From Takakia lepidozioides (lineage: Eukaryota > Plantae > Bryophyta): a stretch of DNA of 64,000 nt. Of this stretch, positions 1-13,419 are shown one piece after another. Position numbers and translations under genes: made by a program. The number at the start of each line of letters is the position of its first letter. Positions within the stretch are counted from its first letter, which is position 1. The notes under the pieces are model-generated. The model was not told the DNA's origin, did no database searches, and saw only the letters and a program-made list of their open reading frames with translations. The stretch spans positions 79,112,001-79,176,000 of the forward strand of contig CM060731.1 of NCBI GenBank assembly GCA_030704615.1. Direction: 5' to 3'.

Positions 1-741
1 TGCAGAGAAAGACATCCAACAGCTACAACATTTTCCTGGGATTATCCCAGACACAATCTTGCGTAGCACTATGGCAAATTGGGAATCTCCCTTTTTAAAT
101 AGATTGCCTTCGCGATCTCATTCTAATGGTACAACAATTCTACATTGCACATAAAAAATGAATGCAGAAGGAGGATAGTTCAGTTTAACAGCCCCATCCC
201 ATTCTTGACCAACCTACAAAATACTTCAAAGATTAACTTAGGTTGCACATTATTTCCTCTTGCAAACTTGAAACTCACCACCGCACCAAAACACCTGCCA
301 CCAATCTTCATCGGCATGTTGCCTTCTGTCAAATTGCTAAATCCAACCTAGCAAACCATCGCAGTTCATCTCTACCAGACCTCAATTACCTCTCCTCATA
401 CAATGCAAGGAACTAATCTTCAGAGGAACAGAATCTAACTCCTACCAACTCGTCTAGCTCTACCAAGTTCTGCGCTTTTGCCTCGCCCAATCTGCATCAG
501 CCCCCAGGTTGCAAAACCTAAGATTTTGGTAACACAGGGCACACACTTCTCGCAGACTTATTCAAAATGTTGTGCCTCGTAACAATGCACTGATGCATTC
601 AAGATGATGTGAAATGAATGGATCTGCTGGCAGAAAACTGATTGTACAGCTGTGCGGCAAAAGTGAAGTAGAACAATGGCTGGGATGTGCCAAGTGTTAA
701 TGATAAAGAGACAGGAAAGGAAAAATTCACCTCAGATCATG

Positions 742-3700
742 TCATATGACCGAAACACCTCCCAAAGATTGCTGTGTTGCATTCCCTGAAACACCTGCAG
801 ACAACACAGTTGAATTAAACCCATGCCTAACCATCCCTTGCCAGTTTTGCTCAAAAATGTCACAGGCCTGAAGCCACAGACATGGAAAAAATTCGAAGAG
901 ACTCTACATAGGAAGAGTCTGGATGACATTTGTTGTGACAGCAAGCGATTAGAAAAAACATCAAATATGTGCATTAGTCCGGACAACTAGCAATGCTCAA
1001 GTCCAAATCATACCATGACACCCTTCTCTACATTAGTATTGGCACACTTTCTTATTCCGATCGCAAAATGTTGGAGGAATTACCAGGCACACTAGTGCCC
1101 AGCGCAGGAGAGCCTTGGGAAAGTCGGCCTTTCCCTGCAACTGACTGCCCGTTCTCCAAAGAGATTCCTCCGGTCCCAAATTTGCTGTCTAAATGCTGGA
1201 GACCTGGAGCACCGCCCTGGCCAGTTGTTGTCCCTGGCCGAGCATGGTCTAGAGGTTGCAGAGGTCCTGGTTCTGACTTCACGTGTGTTAGCTGCGAGGC
1301 TTGCACAGGCAGGAGCTTCTTGTCTCTTTGCTTTCCAAGCTGTAGGAGGTTCCATACAGGGAGTGCCCCAGTTAAAAAAAGTCAGTCACAATAATCACTG
1401 CTTTAGAGTTGCCAAAGGTGCGAGTTCAAATTTTAGTAGAATGTCGACACATCTGACCATAGCCCTTTCTAGGTATAGATTCAATGTACCATGCAGTCAG
1501 CAGTTGAATCCACCCTAATTCCATGCCCATAACCACTAGGCTTGCAATTTGACTTAAGTTACTTTATTAACCAAGTTAGGCACTACTTTCCTTTGACAAC
1601 TTTCAATTCCAAAAGGTTGATGCTTGATGAGAAACTGAAAGCATACTGAAAGAGACACCAGAATGAGGGCTAGAGGAACAGAGAAATGACCTTCTTCTGA
1701 CTGGAACCTAAGGGCTGAACCTTGGTCTGCAGGTCCGAAGATTGGTCTGAAGAGAGAGCAAGTGCAGATGGCAGCTGCCCACCAGGTTCTGACAGAGTAT
1801 CATCAGGGCTTGTCCCTGCATTAGGGATGGCTCGAGTGCTTGCATCACGGAAAAGAGAGCCTAAAACTGCACGCATACGTTGATGGTGTCTCAAACAGTA
1901 CACCTTGGTGGCCATTGGTAAGGGATTAACCTCAGCTGCATAATCAACACACAGAAAACATGAAGTTACATACTAAACACACTTCCTTTACCAGCATCCT
2001 TGTTGATGTCAGCAACGATTCGGTTCCACCAATATATACACCATCCTGTTATTTATGTTGTTCTTCTGGAAGCATGTACATCAAGAAGTCTGTGCCCATC
2101 TTTGATTTTGAGGTTCTCATGGTTGCAAACTGACTCTGCAAAAATTGTCTCCTTGAGTATTCCATCTGTCTGGAGTGTTGTCAAGGGCATGCCAAAGAAA
2201 ATGAGTGTTTCAAAAGTGGGGTCACTCACCAAAGGCTACCTACCCGTATCATGCAGCTTCCCGCCATACTGGGTGCGATTATTGTTGGCTTTGAACTCCT
2301 GCAGCAACACTTCGAATGGTTTCCGCCTTCCTGTTACTGCCCGTTTGTTTGCTTCAGTGTGCAATTTACCTGAACAGACAAAGTTGTCAGCCAAATAGAG
2401 ATACGCAGAGAGAAAGACAAAAGAGTTGAAGTGCAGTTCACACCACCTCATATACAAGCATGCATATGAGAGAGTGACAAATCCCATTACTCCACATTAT
2501 CACGGGAAATAACATCCTTTATCGCAGGAAATAACATCCTTTTGTGTCAGTTAAACCTGTAGCTTATTATTTTCCCATGACTCTTGGCCGTAACAAGGAT
2601 GAACTGACATAAAAACAAGAAAAAGTTGAGCAGAAAGTGGTTCTAGCTAGACAGCCAACTGCAATACTTGCTCCCTACATGAGTGCGTCCAGCTGGGTAA
2701 GATGAGGGGAGCTTACAGGTCAAGGATCGGCGACAACAGGCACCAGATTGCCCCGTCACCACCCCACAAAGCACATCTAGCTCCTCCGTTGTCAACCTAT
2801 CAGAATGTGTGACCGTATCAGTATCTACCCTCCTCTCTAGCTCTTTCTCTATTGGTGTTAACTCTACACAAAAACACTGGTTCATGCATATTGCAACTCA
2901 GTTGGTAAAGCTTGTAAGGACTGATGAAGCTTCCTGAAGAGATCTCACACAAACTGATACATGTAATACAGGAAAAGCACATGTTGCTCCTCCGTTGTCA
3001 ACCTATCAGATACATGTCTGACCATATCAGTATTTATCCTCCTGTCTAGCTCATTGTCTATCGGTGTTAACTCTACACATACACACAGATTCCCGCATAT
3101 TGCAACTCAATTGTCAAAGCTTGTAAGGACTGATCAGAGCTCCCTGAAGATCCAACACAAACTGATACATGTACGTAGAGACTGGAGACCTTCCATGGCT
3201 ATCTGAGAGTAACAACCCCACATAACCTTCTGATGTGTCAGTTGGAAGGTAGTTCTCATGGTGTGTCCATGTCCGAGTAATAACCAAAGACCAGTAATTG
3301 CTCCTCTTTACCACTGTCAGATTAACTGGATGAGTTTATGAGTCAAAATCATACAACTTTGGTCTTTTCCGAGGTGGTGATTTGGTGTCCGCCAGACTTG
3401 TGCTTCCTGGCCCCAGCCCTGCTCCATCCTCTGACACAGTCATGGTTGTCAACACACGATGTAAGAGAAAAAATGTCTCACGCTCATCCACATCTTGACT
3501 TTATGCTTACTAGGAAAACGTAAGAGGGAGCTCCAAAATAGCACTGGATGCTAGTTGCAGTGAACAATTCTCAGATCCATGGGCCATGGGCTACCCACTG
3601 CCAGGACTGCAGATTGAAGACCAAGTAAACCTTCAGGCTCAGAGAAATCTGCAGCATTGAACTGATTCCAGAAAAGGAGGTATGATGGGGGGGAGCAGAC

Positions 3701-6700
3701 CTCCTGGTACCGACAAGGGCACCTTGCGAGGCCGTCCTACTTTTGGAGCCGTCACAACTGTGCCTTCTGATATGTTCATCACTTCTGCTGGGACACACCA
3801 CCGATTATGGACAACTTATATGGTTGCTTGGGATTGCCCAGGTGTAATAGCAATGCATTCAGCAGAAAGCTAGTGGCTTGCTGTGTGAGTGAAAGACTAA
3901 ACTTTCATAAAGCAGCTCTTGTTCACAAAAAGAAGAGTCAACTTGAAAATTGCATTTGTTTGAGCTTCCAACAGGGTGGGTGCCTAGAGAACTTGTTCAC
4001 TCGCATCCACTGTGTTTCATATACAGGGTTCCAATGAGTCTCTGCACTTGCTCAAAGAGCAAGCCAATGTTTCATATGCCAAAAAACTTCTGTTTTTCCA
4101 TCATACCTCCTCACAGATCCAGTATTATAGGTGGAAGGACTCTAAATAGAAAGAAACTACAGAGGTGGAGTATCTGCAGCATATCATGTGAATGCTTACT
4201 TTTAGTTCCTCGTGGAGTGCCGTAAATAGGGGCTTGATCCTCGCATATCCCCCCAGATGTACATGCTGACTCTGGAAGACAGAGATCATCATCTTCCAAA
4301 GATTGCAGTCTCTCTGTCTCTCCTGCTGCAGTGTGATCTATGCATAGCTAAGGAAAAAAAGTGAGGAGGGGTTTGTCAGTCATAGATGCCAATTGAAGTA
4401 CTATGTCCAAGGACACCCACACAAAGTCAAGAACAGCTCTATATTGAGACATTTATGATCACAATACACTTCCATAGTCCTGCGTACAATACAGCCGATG
4501 AGAGTGGAGACCTCAGTAACACCCTGGTAGCTCCCCCTGTTCTCTCCCCTGCTGTTTTTCTTTTCTTCAAAATCGATAGATGTGGTGACAAAGGCAAACA
4601 GTACAGCATACGAACAAAAGTGCAAACAAACGACTGGGATCCCCTTCAGCTTAACCTTGGGATACCATATGGTAAGATCTCATGCAAATATTGAGGAGTA
4701 CAGCACACCATCCTGAACTGTGTTAGTGAAGGGCAGGGCAGGGGGGTGGGGGTGGGGGAAGGCTTATTCAAAAGGAGTACCTGTTACTAAGGACTACTAG
4801 ATCTATTAGGAAAACCTCCTCACACAAGAGAGAGAGAACATGACAGTAGCAGTCCTCCAATGCAGTAACAAAAGAACTGCGTGCATGCATAACAGTAATT
4901 ACATGCAATGAAGTTATGTTTCATAGAAGTAGTGCTTCACAATTTAAAATAATCAGGCAGGTCATCAAACAAAAATAAGAGGATACTGTCTTGCACTGGA
5001 AGCAATTTCTTCCTTGCTTTACGGGGTGGCTTTTTGTGGCCAGCTCCTCCATCAAGTTCCACAGCAGTGTCATCTGAGGCAGTCAAGGACCTGCACCGTT
5101 CTGCCAATACCAATGGTTCAGATAAATCAATTTCTTTCCCACAGTGCTGCTTGCTTTTATAGATAGAAACAGATTCCTTCCATTGCTACTAACAAAGTTC
5201 AGGTGACATCACCGTTGAGAACAGTTCAAAAAATGTGAAAACATTCCAGATAATGCCAAACATTTCTAATAAGCAAATTTGCCACAGGTGGACCCACCAG
5301 CATGTGCAGCAAATTGGCTTGCTTTGATGGGCTTTTTGCACATGTTGCAAGAGACCTGTCAACAGTCAAGGATGTCGTCAAATGAGAATTATTAAGCTGT
5401 CTGACAAAGCAAAAGGAAGACATTTGAAGAGATGAAGTCCTTCAAATCCAGAAACAAGGTAGAAAGTTACCAGGTCTAGGCGGTCTGTGAGCGGTTCCCG
5501 GTCAAAAACATGCATATCTGCCATGAAACAGTCAAGATATAACAGTTAGGACACACCAAAACACAAAAGATGTCTATGCTTAACGATATCTCAGTTAGCA
5601 TATGTCCTCAACACAACATAGAGCATGGTAAGCTTGAGCCTCTGCAATCTGGCCCTTTGTCCCTAACACTCTTTTGTGTTTACTTCAATACTTCAATCAC
5701 CTGTCTCACTCCACTATCCTACCACCATACCTTCTTCCTCAAGAAGGTTAGCTTCATCAGCCTCCTCCATTTCTCGTTGCACTGTCTTCACTGCAGCCTT
5801 TTCCTGAGCAGCCTCCTCTATAGGAAACATGAGCCTGTTGTTACAAAAGTCTCTCTCTCAAAATGCACTGTCAGTAGGTCCCAGATTATCGGGATATCTG
5901 TGCTCTTTTCCCTTCTCCAAATGACGCACAACAAAGACACGACCGTCCAGTGATCCTTTAGGCTGTGCATAGAGCAGTAGGTTCTGTGCATTTTCTGGCC
6001 ATTAAGCAGACTTTGACTTGACCTTTATCTCTCACTTTCTCATCCCAAGGAAATGTCAGGACCTCCGTGTCTCTTCTCTACAACACAATGATGTCCACCT
6101 CAAACCTCATAGTAACTGCTACGAAGGAAGCGGGGGCAGAGGGGAGTGTAAGGCCTTTACACCACACTCTACCGTGACATCTAAATGAAGTTAGGCAGAA
6201 AAACTTCCCTGAACCTTGCTACTTAGTGAATTGACACACCTCGTCAGAGTGAAAGATACACTACCTGTGGTGAGTTCTATGGGGAGGCCAGTAGCAAGAA
6301 ACTTTTCCAAAGCTGCCATGCGCCCTTTCCCGACTTCACATGGGGCGTTGGGAAACCTGCAACAACCAATCACCCTCACCCTGAGCTTGCTCTTTCCATA
6401 TGTTCATGAACATACTGAACTTGCAAGCTTATTCTTTCCTATATGCATTGGTCCTCCAGATTAATCCTATCTTGACCTGTCCCCATATGAATGTGATGAC
6501 AAGTCACAAAAGCAACTTTGAGGCAAAATTCATAGACCTCAAGAGCAGTGACATGATAGCATTAAAAAGCTGCCTCTGTCCATTATCCAAATGGTAACCT
6601 CAAGCTTATGCAATATGACCATGTCTGACTGAGAGAGGTTGAGGTTAACATTGGTGTGCAAAAGTGCTGCCAATTTGGTACCTGTTCCCTCAATGGCCAA

Positions 6701-7063
6701 ATGATCTGGTCAGCCTCATAGAGATGACACCATGGTCAGCAGTTCCCTTTACACCCTAAAAAGCCCCTATGTCTGTTTTTGACAAAAAGCTCTAGCCCTA
6801 ATCACTGATTGGTCCAGCAGACAAGCAGTGGCATGCTAGACATGGTCTTCTTGTCAGAGACTTCCTTTCCTACTTCAGGATGCTATGCTTGTCAATGATC
6901 CCCTTCCAATGCGAGAGGTTGAACATGCCAATTGACTTTCACACAACTCTTTACTTAATAGTTTTCCTAAGTTTTCATCCATTACAGTAGGTCATAACCG
7001 AAAGCCGAACATCTCCGCGTCATAGATGCTCTGCACGGAATGCTCGACCTGCTCACAGCTCAT
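742..7063 (-). CDS. SGF73/ataxin-7-like SAGA deubiquitination-module subunit with SCA7 zinc finger; multi-exon, span includes introns
   Basis: Manually spliced GT-AG exons: 6999-7063 (MSCEQ..FGFR), ~6270-6356 ([20 protein letters not shown]), ~5732-5817 ([18 protein letters not shown]), ~5471-5517 ([16 protein letters not shown]), 5298-5355 ([23 protein letters not shown]7 N-terminal Zn finger), 4987-5100 ([17 protein letters not shown]), ~2720-2863 plus ~2240-2368 ([47 protein letters not shown]7 motif), ~1710-1940 ([20 protein letters not shown]), ~1084-1340 and last exon 742-794. Some middle exon boundaries (3.1-3.4 kb) are unresolved, and an in-frame upstream exon at ~7362-7409 may extend the N-terminus. 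Confidence 0.8.
2781..3173. repeat. Diverged ~185-bp tandem duplication inside the SGF73-like gene (copies 2781-2964 and 2987-3173)
   Basis: Both copies run ctcctccgttgtcaacctatcaga...ggtgttaactctacaca...catattgcaactca...aagcttgtaaggactgat...cacaaactgatacatgta. Confidence 0.9.
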
Positions 7064-8722
7064 AGACGCAAACTTCGCACAAACTCCAGAACCTCTCTCT
7101 GGTACCTACAGTGTGGCTGATAATGTGAAACGTCACCTCCCATCTGTGCAAATCAGGAATAACATTCTGTCCAGAACAGCCATTGCGGATATATCGCGTC
7201 CATCTTCATGTCAAGGCTGTAGTAACAAAGGTAGAATCGACATCGAAGCTCTATGGTATAATGCCAGTACATCCAGCATTTGAATCAACATCAATATGCT
7301 GTAACAGATTTGGACTGCGAGAGACTGAGACTGTGTTCGACACGAGTCTAGAGAATACCACCTCCACCGGCTGGAGCAGCGTCGGTATGCCGTGGGAACA
7401 TGCCCTCATGTCACGCTCATGACACGCACTTACGACAACAACCCTGATAAGCGAAACGGGAAGTACTCAGCAGACCTAGCACTCAAAGCCTGGAAAAGGA
7501 AAGCTTTATTTTTTGAAATGGTCTTACATGGAGAGATGATAAATGGGATCATCAGCTCAGTTCCAGCAGGCCCCAATCTCAAACCTTTCTTCCTTCACTC
7601 AAACGCATATGGATGCCTGTCCAAAGCCGCTGAAACCACATTTACACCGCACTACATATCAAGGCATTTCCCACCTAAAATAGACTAATCCTCTGAGACT
7701 TCAGAAGGATCCCATCTACTCCTCTCACAGACAACCCACCTCTTACCTTTCCTGGAGAAGAGGGGATTTCCAAAATGTCCGGAGAGGCTGAACATAAGAT
7801 AGCTCAAATGCCAGCAGAAGAGACGGATCGTGGATCGTGAGTATTAATGCACAAAACAGTAAGGCAACACCACAAAACGAGCTTGCCCAAGGAAAAGAAC
7901 AAAAACCAGAGAGCAAAGCTTGCAACCACTAGGATCCGGCAGATGATCCGAAAGCAGGTCCCCACATATGCTTTGGAATACGAAGGGAAGACAGAATCAA
8001 ACAACAAGGAGGGTAAATCTGCGAAAGGCCGTCATACTTAGGAAATGAGGCGAACAGCACTTACTAGACTTGCGAAGGAAATCAGACCAGCGACAGAAGA
8101 GAGCTGACCTAAAATGGAAGAGAGACCTAAATGCAAACCGAAATAGGGTGAAAGGATCACAATAGATTGTGAAACTGGTTATACATTCCCGAACCACATC
8201 ACGATCGCCAGAAAAACGAGCATCTCTACGCAGGCCTAAAGAGAGCTGATCACTTACGAATGCTCGGAAGGAAATCGGAACTCTAAGACCAAACTAAACA
8301 ACACTGTCATGCCATAGAACAACGATGCACCAACAGAAGAGAACTCCAGAGCGTCAAAAGTAAGGAGGCCAGCCTACCTGGAAGACCAGGGGCCCTCCTA
8401 TAGTAGACCGTAATTAGGGTTTCTGGAGTGCCTACACCTAGCTAGGTAGGTAGGTGGGTAGGTATTGCATTTCCCTGCCCAATATGTAGCAGGTACCTTC
8501 CGACGCTTGGAAGGTAGCTATTTGGGAATCTAACCGTTGAGCATCCATACCAGCAATGGCGGCTGGTCATGGGGTCACAACGGTCGTAGGGGTCGTCACC
8601 TTTTCGCATTCGTCCCCACCACTCTGGCTCGCAGATCGAGACGGCACAGACAGCTTGCATCGTACTCAACCAGGAGCAGCAGATGCATAGAACAGTAATC
8701 TGATTTGGAAGTTGACATAGAT

Positions 8723-8727
<5 letters not shown>

Positions 8728-8771
<44 letters not shown>
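8728..8771. repeat. (GA)n microsatellite
   Basis: Perfect GA run of about 21 units. Confidence 0.97.
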
Positions 8772-8773
<2 letters not shown>

Positions 8774-10458
8774 GTGATGGTATAAGTGGTATGGCGTGTT
8801 AGAGGGGAAGGGGTCCGATTCACAGCGGATGTAATGTAGGATCCTTGACTGAGGTAGTGAGGGGTTCAGGGTTTATAGCATCTCTGTGCTATGTGCAGGT
8901 AGATACTTTCAGTTGCCTTGCATGGTTACAGAGAGAAGTCGGAGTCGACGAAGCAGGAGTCGAAGCGAGCGCCGAAGGAGGCGGTTACAGCGTCAACTTC
9001 TACTTACGCATTGCGCTACTCCAATGGAAAACAGGGAATTGGAGGGTGGGCTACCATCTTCATGATTCTACTCTTCGAATCTCGTGTGTTAACTATGTGT
9101 TTTTGGAGGGCTAAGAAAAGTGAGAATTGAGCTTGCAATCGCAGCGTACATGTATGCCCTAAAATTCGTAGATCATATAGCCGAACGAGATTGGAAATTC
9201 TTGAACGTTGTGAACGTTGTGTCTCTGCAAGGTCTGGTTATGGTGGGCATGGAGGAGGATGAAGCAATGGGGGCAAGTCAGAATGTAGTCACTCTTTCAG
9301 GATATGAACGCTATATAGTTTTGTTGTCGAAAGCAATTTTGAAGAAGTCTGTAATCTGCTGTCAACTGTACGTTGCTGAATTGTGTTCGCCAACGATCGA
9401 GGAAAGCAAGTTTAATGTCCAGTGATTTAAGAGCAGTACAGCTCTACGCACAGTTTGACCTATTCTGGATACTGCGTCCTTTCAGGTCGAATGTATGAAT
9501 AATGTATCATGCGTGCTTGCCAGCACAGAATTGAGGAAATAACAATTTACAGAACGATAGTTTCAAAACTTTCCTGGTAACAAATCGTTCGGGGTTTCTT
9601 TTGATACAGATGTCCTCCCTCTCTAACTCTCTCTACGTCCTTAATGCAGGTGGAATGATCCACGAATATATTAAAACATGCGGAACATGGGAGGTTGTGC
9701 TCATTGGTTACCTCCTCCTCATTTACTTCCTCAAAAACCTAAATCCTTGAACGGTCCCTGAAACATATGAGATCATCTAACCTTCACAGCGGTGATGGTG
9801 GTATGCCGACAACAGCGATCTGTGGTTGCCGGCACCAAGCACCACCACATCTACATTAAGAACCCACAATATACGACTACGCAGAAGCTCACACTTGCAC
9901 ATGGTACTAGAACAATGTGTTCCTCCAACAACTGGTTGTGTGTTTGTCTGTAAGATGACTGGAATGTTGATTGCCAGGTTCCGGCCTGCCTAGTGATCCC
10001 CCACAAAAATTATATCCTCAGTACGACATGGGTGATTAGTCCATAGTGCAGATGACTTGATTGTTCAGATCTTGCAAATTGTTCAGACAGAATACAGGCA
10101 GGTCAGGAAAAGTGATGAGAGGAAGAATCAACAGTAACTTGGATATCAAATGCTTTTTCGTTGACCATGCATGCTTCAAACCAAAATTATGATAAGGATA
10201 GAGTCTTAGGCTATGCCAGGAGATTGAACAAAGAAATAAAGTTCACTTCATCTCAGGGAGGGGGAGAAATGACCAAACCGGTCATTGGATGTTGGGAAAA
10301 GAGACCCACTCATTGACCATTCCTGGTTTATGACCGCCGCCAAAGACTGGTGCATCCTGGAGCCCTAAAATTGCCATAGTTCATGACAATCCTGTGCGGC
10401 GACCAACAATTGATTTGATGGAATTCAATAATTCCAGGTACCAGCTGGTTGAGACATG

Positions 10459-11950
10459 CTACAGAGAAAGAATGAACCTGTTGGGGAAACACCTTTTGAT
10501 CTCAGTCCAAACCAGGAAGTGGTCAGAGGGACCAATATCAGTTCTGTCGATCAACACATTGGCACACAGGGAAAACAAATTTTTGTCCATTATGATATTA
10601 ATCCACAATGGAACGTTCCCCAGTTTGGGTTTTCTCACGAGTCCACTGCACTTGGTCACCTCTTGTCCTGTTATTCAAGGTCAAAAGCTGAAGCTCTTCC
10701 AGACAGTTAATTAACCGTCTGCCATTAGAATTCAGCTCGTCCTCACCAAAAGGCCCAATGATATCATCCCGATGGAGACCTTTGCCCACCCGGGCATTGA
10801 AGTCACCCAATAGAACCACCTGACCTTTGGCAAGGAACGAAGCACAGTCCAGCTTTACATCTTCGAAGGCTTTGTCTGCGTCAGCACTAAGGGTCCCCTC
10901 TGTGGGCATGTACACACAGCCCACAAAGAGGTCCTTCGTATTCACGCCGCCCTTCAGTTTCAGTTTTAGCCAGATACTATGCTCATACCTCAAACCCTTG
11001 TTGATAATTTCACAATTGTCAAACAAGAAATCACGGACAAAGAATCCAACCCCTTTCTGACCGCGTTTAGCAGAGGCTGCCTTGAGAGTACACATCTTAC
11101 CTGTCCATATATACCCATTGACATCTCCAACCAATTTATCCGGTGTTTCCCATGTCTCTTGACCAGCACAAATATGAATGTCATTGGCCCGAAGAACTTG
11201 TCCCACTTCGAGTTGTTTCCTTTGGTTAGTCAGCCCTGAGAAGTTGAAAGTGCCCAGCCTCAAGCCAGCCCTTTGCATGTGAATTGTTTGTCGTCTAGGT
11301 AGCTTATGATTGCTCCTGCACGGCTAAACGTTCTGCAAAGGGGGGACAGTTACCCCGTGTGTAGATTTTGCTCGTCTTGTGTAAACTTTGAGGATTGGTA
11401 AGCCATTCAGAGTACCAAATCCTTCAGTTACACGACGTTCAGGCTCCGCACACTTAGAATCAGATTGTCCGTCTGACTGCTTGGGGACAATTACGTGTAG
11501 ATTTTGCTCGTCTTGTGTAAACTTTGAGGATAGGTAAACCATTCAGAGTACCAAATCCTTCAGTTACACGACGTTCAGGCTCTGCACACTTAGGGACAAA
11601 TTGTCCGTCTGACTGCTTGGGGACAATTACCCCGTGTATAGATTTTGCTCGTCTTGTGGAAACTTTGAGGATTGGTAAACCATTCAGAGTACCAAATCCT
11701 TCAGATGTTCAGGTTCCGTACACTTAGGGGCAGATTGTCCGTCTGGCTGTTTGGATTCAACCTCATCCAGAGCATCAAACCAATTAGAAACTCTCAAGTT
11801 GAAGTCCATGCCCTTGGTTGTCTTCCTAGAGCGCCCCATTGAATCACCAATGTCTAAGACCGCTCTCCAGCCAGTCAAGGGACGAACTTCTGTGAGATTG
11901 AATTGATGTGAGACACTATTAGAAGCATTTTTGGGCATTGCAACCTTCAA
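10459..11950 (-). mobile_element. Non-LTR (LINE) retrotransposon fragment: ORF1 remnant plus APE endonuclease domain of ORF2; no RT seen
   Basis: ORF 10598-11278 has APE motifs (GTFN, AGQETW, GCVYMP, LLGDFNARVG, NSNG). After a frameshift the final SDH motif (IGPSDHFLVW) lies in ORF 10459-10659. Upstream 11684-11950 has an SNWFDAL motif resembling LINE ORF1 linkers. Confidence 0.8.
11341..11750. repeat. ~140-bp tandem repeat, about 3 copies, upstream of the LINE endonuclease ORF
   Basis: Unit gtagattttgctcgtcttgtg..aaactttgaggat..ccattcagagtaccaaatccttcag..gttcaggct..cacttag..ttgtccgtctg recurs at ~11360, ~11497 and ~11638. Confidence 0.92.
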
Positions 11951-12525
11951 CGTACCCCTGTTATCAAGTCTCAGATGGAACCATTAGCCATGAAATCCAA
12001 GCCTAAGCTAGAGCATGTAGTTTTAAAGGACACATCGTCCATCCTGGGATTCACCCCAAAAACTACACATGAAGCCCTAGATTTGGCATAAGTAACCAAT
12101 TCCCAGGAATCACCCTGGGGAGTGCTGATGTTGGTAAGAGGTAAAGTAATGATGTGGATTCGCAGGCTATAAGTTTAAGCACAAGGACCAACCCTAGCCC
12201 AATTGCCGAGTATGCTAGACAGAGCATACGACTGCCCAATTTGGGCGAAGGGGCTGCCCCCAAGCGGTAGGGGTCCGCTTGTTACCATTCAGAGATCACA
12301 CTCCAGGGAGCTGCAGGGAATGGCCAGCGTAGGCATATTTCTAAAGAGGGAAAGGCCCCAAACTTTCCAACTAAATCCAATGCACTACCTTACCTGGAGC
12401 AAAGCGCTTCAGGTCGAAACAAACAAAGACACGAGGTCACAAGGCCGGCATTTAGTCACAGAGACATTAATGTACTCCCGTATCAAGTCCACCCAATGGC
12501 AATAGGCTTCCTGGAGGACAGGGAG

Positions 12526-12529
<4 letters not shown>

Positions 12530-12567
<38 letters not shown>
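12530..12567. repeat. (GA)n microsatellite
   Basis: Perfect GA run. Confidence 0.97.
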
Positions 12568-12570
<3 letters not shown>

Positions 12571-13419
12571 TGACACGCATTGGTTAATGGGCTGACTTAC
12601 CCATCTGCAGTGGGACAGTAAAGGCGTCCACCACCAACTGCTGTGGCGAGCACATCCCCTGCCAGACAGACATATTCCAATTCTATCTTGTAATTGGTGC
12701 AAGTCTAGTGATAATATTTCTCAAATCCTATTGCATGTAGTTCTTTTTGCCATTGTTAACTCTCAATGACTCTCTTTTCGTCTTTAGCTTCTCTTCAAGA
12801 TGGAGAAATATGCCCACATGAAAGGTCTTGTTGTGGAACACAAGCAGGACTTACCCTTGAAAAGCTGGATGTCTCCCATATGCCTAAACTCTATTTTTCC
12901 TGCACTTTCATGAGCATCTCTGTCCTCTTGTTCATTGCAAATCATAATCTGCCACACCTTGATGAAGTTGCAGGCTGCACTGGTCCCACAATTGCAGCAC
13001 CAACCAACAGCATACTGCATAGGTCAAACTCAATCTCAGTCAACAAAACTTCACCTGTAGCTTCCTTTTACTCTACACCACCTCCTGTCGGAGCACCCTC
13101 CCTACCAAAACAACCTCCTACCACTGCTTCCTTCCTACTTTGATCTTTTAATGTATCTCTCCTCATTCTAATTTGACTTTAGTTTCTAACCAAGACTCTG
13201 CTCTCAAACCTTGCCCTTTACAGAGGATAAATGGCGAATGTGCAAGAGTCATATATTACCTAAGCATCATGTTATTGTCAATGGAAATTGTCCGGACCCA
13301 CCCAGTGTGCCCCCCAAACACAGCTTCGGACACTGGAACCCAGTCACATGTCCTCCATGTCCATATCTGTCTCTTTGCTGTACCTAGAGTGACAAAATTA
13401 AGCATCGTCCAATGGACCT

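Noticed and set aside
8415-8422. Telo-box-like AAACCCTA motifs (also ~20886, ~43825, ~53010)
   Set aside because: Plausibly near transcription starts, but short common motifs cannot be called functional without TSS data.
8845-9130. Short ORFs, including an Arg/Ser-rich frame, after the GA repeat
   Set aside because: Low-complexity purine-rich sequence with no convincing start, exon chain or family motif.
11341-11750. Regularly spaced repeats that might suggest a CRISPR-like array
   Set aside because: Whole units are repeated with no unique spacers, in a eukaryotic LINE context; this is an ordinary tandem repeat.
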